Shown here piece by piece: positions 59,848 through 64,000 of a stretch of 64,000 bases of DNA. Every line of letters starts with the position of its first letter. Position 1 is the stretch's first letter. The stretch is from Candidatus Bathyarchaeota archaeon. Lineage in GTDB: Archaea; Thermoproteota; Bathyarchaeia; Bathyarchaeales; Bathycorpusculaceae. The notes beneath the pieces were generated by a model that saw only the letters and a program-made list of their open reading frames with translations, did no database searches and was not told where the DNA came from. The stretch lies in the NCBI GenBank assembly GCA_963702095.1, contig OY969706.1, positions 640,001 to 704,000 of the forward strand, in the 5' to 3' direction. Position numbers and translations under genes: made by a program.

Positions 59848-60876
59848 ATGAATGTACTCTTGGTTGGTCATTCAGGGACTGGTGGCGGAAAGGAGCAAAT
59901 AAAAGCATACAGCGCCTTTCTTCAAGCAAAAGGTTATGACGCTACAGCCTTATTATTTCCCTCAGACAGTTACTCTTCAAAACTGTGGTATTTATTTCAA
60001 AATGCACGGGCTAGAATAAACAAGCGAGAAAAAGATGTTATTGAAAAAATATCGCAGCAAATTAAAAAAGAAATAGACAAGAATCGATTTGATGCAATAA
60101 TCTGCGTGGGAACTCCTTTCGCTCATATTTTGTCGAAAGATTTAGATTGTCTTAAGATATTTAGCCCGCAAACATCCGGAAATGATGAGTTGTATTTTTC
60201 TAAACGGTTGGCTATCGAGAGGATTAAGGAATACAAGGATCTTGAAATAGAAATAATGGAAAAATCAGATTTTGTAATTTTTCCTTGTGAGTCACTCCAA
60301 AATTATGTAAAAAAACATGTTATTGATGGTAAGAATTTTGTAATCGTGAATTATGGGTGTTATCCTCAATCACGTCACGTATCATACTCTTTTCCACCAG
60401 CAATAATTTCCATGGGTAATCTAAGTCACTATTGGTCTAACAAAGAGCTTTTATCCACTCTTACTCAGACAAGTCCGTACATAGTAGATGCATACGGTCA
60501 ATATAGACCGGAAAAAAAATATGCAATACGTTATAAAGGGTATGCTTTATCCCTCGATATTTTATACAATTATCAGTTCGGGCTTAATACGGTCTCTAAA
60601 GATCCTCTCAGGAGAAGCGATCATTCTTCTAGAGTGCTTACTTACCTTGCTTATGGTTTGCCTGTTTTATCTCCCGATTGGATGGAATTCTCTAATAGCT
60701 TAAGGGGTTGCTTACCTTTTAACGAAGATAACTTCACTACTCTTATTGAAAGAAACAGTGAAAGAGAGGACTGGGAAAGATTAAGCCGTGAAGCTTATAA
60801 CCAAGCGTTGGAATTAGACTGGAATAAGACGCTTAAGGATCTAGACAGACTATTGACTAGCAATATCAAGACATAA
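59848..60876 (+). CDS. Putative glycosyltransferase
   Basis: GT-B-like SRVLTYLAYGLPVLS; located in the glycan operon. Confidence 0.7.
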   Translation: MNVLLVGHSGTGGGKEQIKAYSAFLQAKGYDATALLFPSDSYSSKLWYLFQNARARINKREKDVIEKISQQIKKEIDKNRFDAIICVGTPFAHILSKDLDCLKIFSPQTSGNDELYFSKRLAIERIKEYKDLEIEIMEKSDFVIFPCESLQNYVKKHVIDGKNFVIVNYGCYPQSRHVSYSFPPAIISMGNLSHYWSNKELLSTLTQTSPYIVDAYGQYRPEKKYAIRYKGYALSLDILYNYQFGLNTVSKDPLRRSDHSSRVLTYLAYGLPVLSPDWMEFSNSLRGCLPFNEDNFTTLIERNSEREDWERLSREAYNQALELDWNKTLKDLDRLLTSNIKT

Positions 60877-60904
60877 ATTAAATACTTAAGGGATTGAAGT
60901 TTGG

Positions 60905-61960
60905 ATGTCTAAAAAAACAAAAAAGGCATTAATAACTGGCGTTACAGGCCAGGATGGGTCTTACTTGGCAGAATTTTTGCTTGGTAAGGGTTATGAAGTA
61001 CATGGAATTGTGAGAAGGGCATCGACGTTTAACACAAAGAGAATTGATCACCTGATTTTAGATCACCATGACCCTAAGGCGCGATTTTTCTTCTACTATG
61101 GTGATCTATCCGATTCTGAACAAATGTCAAATATTATTAGTGAAATAGTGCCTGATGAAATTTATCACTTAGGAGCTCAAAGCCAAGTTAGAACAAGCTT
61201 CGATATTCCTGAGTATACCGGAAATGTTACTGCGTTGAGTGCAACGAGATTACTTGAGGCTGTTAGAAGAAGCAAATTACCGATTAAATTGTATCAAGCC
61301 TCAAGCAGTGAAATGTTTGGGAGTTCCCCTCCTCCTCAGAATGAGCAAACACCTCTAAAACCACGTAGTCCATACGCGTGTGCAAAGGTATATGCACATT
61401 TAATGACGAATAATTATAGGGAAGGTTACAACATTTTCGTTTGTAATGGCATATTATTCAATCACGAATCACCGAGGCGGGGCGAGACCTTTGTTACCCG
61501 AAAAATTACAAGGGCTATTGCAAGTATACTGAATAAAAAACAAACTGTATTATACCTAGGAAATCTCGATAATCGACGTGATTGGGGTTTTGCTCCAGAG
61601 TATGTAGAAATGATGTGGAAAATGTTACAGATCAAATGTCCAGAAGACTTTGCAATTGGAACTGGAGAGGCCCATTCAATAAATGAATTTCTAGAAGAAG
61701 CTTTCTCGTATGCAGGTTTGGATTGGCATAAATATGTCAAAATTGACCCGATGTATTTTAGGCCGACTGAACCAGAAACACTAATCGCAGACGCAGCCAA
61801 AGCTAAAGAAAAACTGGACTGGAAACCCAAGGTCAAATTTATTGACTTAGTTAAAATTATGGTTGATTCCGATGTACGTTCTGTAGGACTGAACCCTCCT
61901 GGCGAAGGAGATGAAATACTCAAAAGACTCTTTCCAGATCGCTGGTGGAAAATAGATTAA
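60905..61960 (+). CDS. gmd: GDP-mannose 4,6-dehydratase
   Basis: [26 protein letters not shown] and [17 protein letters not shown] motifs. Confidence 0.96.
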   Translation: MSKKTKKALITGVTGQDGSYLAEFLLGKGYEVHGIVRRASTFNTKRIDHLILDHHDPKARFFFYYGDLSDSEQMSNIISEIVPDEIYHLGAQSQVRTSFDIPEYTGNVTALSATRLLEAVRRSKLPIKLYQASSSEMFGSSPPPQNEQTPLKPRSPYACAKVYAHLMTNNYREGYNIFVCNGILFNHESPRRGETFVTRKITRAIASILNKKQTVLYLGNLDNRRDWGFAPEYVEMMWKMLQIKCPEDFAIGTGEAHSINEFLEEAFSYAGLDWHKYVKIDPMYFRPTEPETLIADAAKAKEKLDWKPKVKFIDLVKIMVDSDVRSVGLNPPGEGDEILKRLFPDRWWKID

Positions 61961-61973
61961 GGGGACCAGCAAT

Positions 61974-62903
61974 TTGGATAAGAAAATATTTGTGCCTGGC
62001 GGAAACGGGTTCTTGGGGAGAAGAATTACAAAGAAATTACAAGAAAGGAAAGTTCCTTTTGTTTCTCTTTCTCTTCGTGACGGATATGATTTCCGTAATT
62101 TTGAGCAAACCTTGGGTTTATTTGAGGAGAACAATTTTGATGCAGTAATAAATTGTGCAGCTTTTGTTGGAGGCATACAATTTGGCTATGAGAAACCTGC
62201 TGAATTATATTACAACAATATTGTTATGGCAACTAACCTGATGGAAGCCGCAAGACGAACAGGTGTAAAAAAGTTTGTCAATCCAATTTCTAACTGTTCT
62301 TACCCGGCGAAAGTGACCACCGATTTCAAAGAGGATGAATGGTGGGAAGGTGAGCTTCACGAATCGGTTCTGGTTTACGGCTTTGTACGAAAAGCTAGTT
62401 GGGTGCAGAGCTGGGCGTATGAAAAGCAGTATGGGTTCCAAACAGTAAATCTCATATTGCCCAATATGTATGGCCGTGGGGATCACTTTGAAGAAAAGCG
62501 ATCTCACGCTTTAGGTGCCTTAATTATGAAAATGGTACAGGCAAAAAGGAATGGCGTCTCTCAAGTTACTATTTGGGGAACTGGAGCACCAGTAAGAGAA
62601 TGGCTTTACGTTGATGATGGCGCAGAAGCGTTGATTAGAAGCTTAGACATAGAAAACGTACCTTTTCCAATTAATATTGGTGTGGGGAAAGGTATCTCCA
62701 TTGGAAATCTCGCTAATTTAATTAAAGAAATAGTAGATTTTAGCGGCAATTTGGTTTTTGACCCATCTAAGCCGGATGGGGCAATGCATAAAACCATGAA
62801 TAATGAACGGATGCAACAAATTTTAAAGTGGGCGCCATCAATGAGCCTGAAGGAAGGAATAGCGACTACAGTGGAATGGTATACAGAAAACGTTGTTGAA
62901 TGA
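61974..62903 (+). CDS. fcl: GDP-L-fucose synthase-like epimerase/reductase
   Basis: GGNGFLG, AAFVGGI, NMYG.GD and IWGTG.PVREWLYVDD motifs; follows gmd. Confidence 0.82.
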   Translation: MDKKIFVPGGNGFLGRRITKKLQERKVPFVSLSLRDGYDFRNFEQTLGLFEENNFDAVINCAAFVGGIQFGYEKPAELYYNNIVMATNLMEAARRTGVKKFVNPISNCSYPAKVTTDFKEDEWWEGELHESVLVYGFVRKASWVQSWAYEKQYGFQTVNLILPNMYGRGDHFEEKRSHALGALIMKMVQAKRNGVSQVTIWGTGAPVREWLYVDDGAEALIRSLDIENVPFPINIGVGKGISIGNLANLIKEIVDFSGNLVFDPSKPDGAMHKTMNNERMQQILKWAPSMSLKEGIATTVEWYTENVVE

Positions 62904-63331
62904 CCATGGCCACAGAGAAAATAATGCACAGTCAAGAAATTTTAGCCTTGATCCTCCGAGATTCAGATTGGCAGGAAGGATTAAACTTCCTATCCCAAAG
63001 CAGCGACTACCAGCAAGTGGGTACTTGGTGGTATAATGCTGGCAAAAAACTCAATGCACACATTCACCTCCCCGAGCAACGTGTCGTATTGTATACCCAG
63101 GAAGTCCTATTTATCAAAAAAGGTGCGGTGCGTGCCTATATCTACTCGCAAGATGAAACTTTAGTTCATACTGCTGATTTGTTTGAAGGTGATGTCATAG
63201 TTCTTTTGAGAGGGGGCCATGGCTATAGAATTTTACAGGACGGGACAAAAGTCTTAGAAGTAAAAAATGGCCCTTACGTTGGCGCCGACAAAGATCGAAG
63301 AGTTATCGAAAAACCAAAAATTGAGGATTGA
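62900..63331 (+). CDS. Cupin-fold protein of sugar-nucleotide clusters
   Basis: HIH...TQEVL...G...GGHG...EVKNGPY. Confidence 0.75.
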   Translation: MTMATEKIMHSQEILALILRDSDWQEGLNFLSQSSDYQQVGTWWYNAGKKLNAHIHLPEQRVVLYTQEVLFIKKGAVRAYIYSQDETLVHTADLFEGDVIVLLRGGHGYRILQDGTKVLEVKNGPYVGADKDRRVIEKPKIED

Positions 63332-63334
63332 TGC

Positions 63335-64000
63335 ATGACGTTCATAAATCAAATGGAACCGTGGATAGGTGAAGAGGAAAAGAGAGCAGTCATAGCTTAT
63401 TTAGAAGGTGGTGGTTGGCTTACCGAATTTAAGAAGACCCGCGAGTTTGAACAAATGATTGCTAGTTATGTTAATTCTAAATATGTCTCGGTAGTTAATA
63501 ACGGAACCACTAGTTTAATCGTTGCTTTAATGAGTCTAGGTATAGGTCTCGATGACGAAGTCATTGTTCCAGATTATACGATGATCGCGTCGTCTAATGC
63601 TGTAATCTTCGCAGGAGCTAAGCCAATTTTAGTCGATATTGAGAAGGAAAACCTATGCTTAGATCTTCAAAAGACTGAAGAATCAATAACAGAAAGAACA
63701 AAAGCGATAATGCATGTCAGCATTAACGGCAGAAGCAACAATATGGAAAAAGTTATGTCTCTAGCTAGAAAGCATAACTTGTATGTGGTTGAAGATGCCG
63801 CCCAGTCCCTTGGGTCCAAGTTTAATGGTAAGCATCTAGGTACATTTGGCGATATTGGGAGTATTTCTTTTAGCGCTCCGAAAATTATTACAACAGGTCA
63901 GGGTGGAGCTTTACTGACTGATAATGAAGAAATATTTAAAAGAATTCTGATGGTTCGGGACTTTGGCCGTACAAAAGCGGGGGTAGACTATCACCAAGTA
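63335..64000 (+). CDS. DegT/DnrJ/EryC1/StrS aminotransferase (perosamine-synthase-like), runs off the window
   Basis: Translated by hand: MTFINQMEPWIGEEE...NNGTTSL...EDAAQSLG...SFSAPKIITTGQGG. Confidence 0.88.
   Translation, partial: MTFINQMEPWIGEEEKRAVIAYLEGGGWLTEFKKTREFEQMIASYVNSKYVSVVNNGTTSLIVALMSLGIGLDDEVIVPDYTMIASSNAVIFAGAKPILVDIEKENLCLDLQKTEESITERTKAIMHVSINGRSNNMEKVMSLARKHNLYVVEDAAQSLGSKFNGKHLGTFGDIGSISFSAPKIITTGQGGALLTDNEEIFKRILMVRDFGRTKAGVDYHQV

Noticed and set aside
1-64000. CRISPR array
   Set aside because: No regularly spaced direct repeats with unique spacers were seen.

Overview
Archaeal chromosomal window, most consistent with Bathyarchaeia/TACK: RpoA'/A'' are fused, rpl30e-nusA follow, the tRNA carries an intron, and NucS is present. 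Layout: (1) 1-9.6 kb holds two tandem aldehyde:ferredoxin oxidoreductase + 4Fe-4S gene pairs, oligoendopeptidase F, a NifB-like radical-SAM protein with a broken CxxxCxxC motif, and UppP. (2) A relic tRNA-Leu att site is followed by a RelE-type toxin-antitoxin pair. (3) A 14.4-kb integrated, apparently defective provirus-like element (10230-24617) is bounded by an exact 18-bp direct repeat, the 3' end of an intron-containing tRNA-Leu(CAA). It carries a tyrosine integrase whose ORF runs through the att site, a prohead protease/scaffold-like gene, a truncated capsid-decoration-like gene, several wHTH regulators, and an AT-rich cargo operon (Cys-rich beta-domain protein with N-terminal HxD motifs, coiled-coil peptide, radical SAM/SPASM enzyme, DUF483-like protein). 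That operon is my best candidate for an undescribed system. (4) An orphan DNA methyltransferase, then rpoB-rpoA-rpl30e-nusA. (5) A compact SMC5/6-like SMC with putative kleisin and kite genes, near nucS. (6) From about 45 kb, an AT-rich surface-glycan biosynthesis island that runs off the right end. A gap-free 129-bp intergenic repeat occurs three times. Four single-base frameshifts are present and may be assembly errors. All family calls come from motif recognition by eye; no database searches were run.
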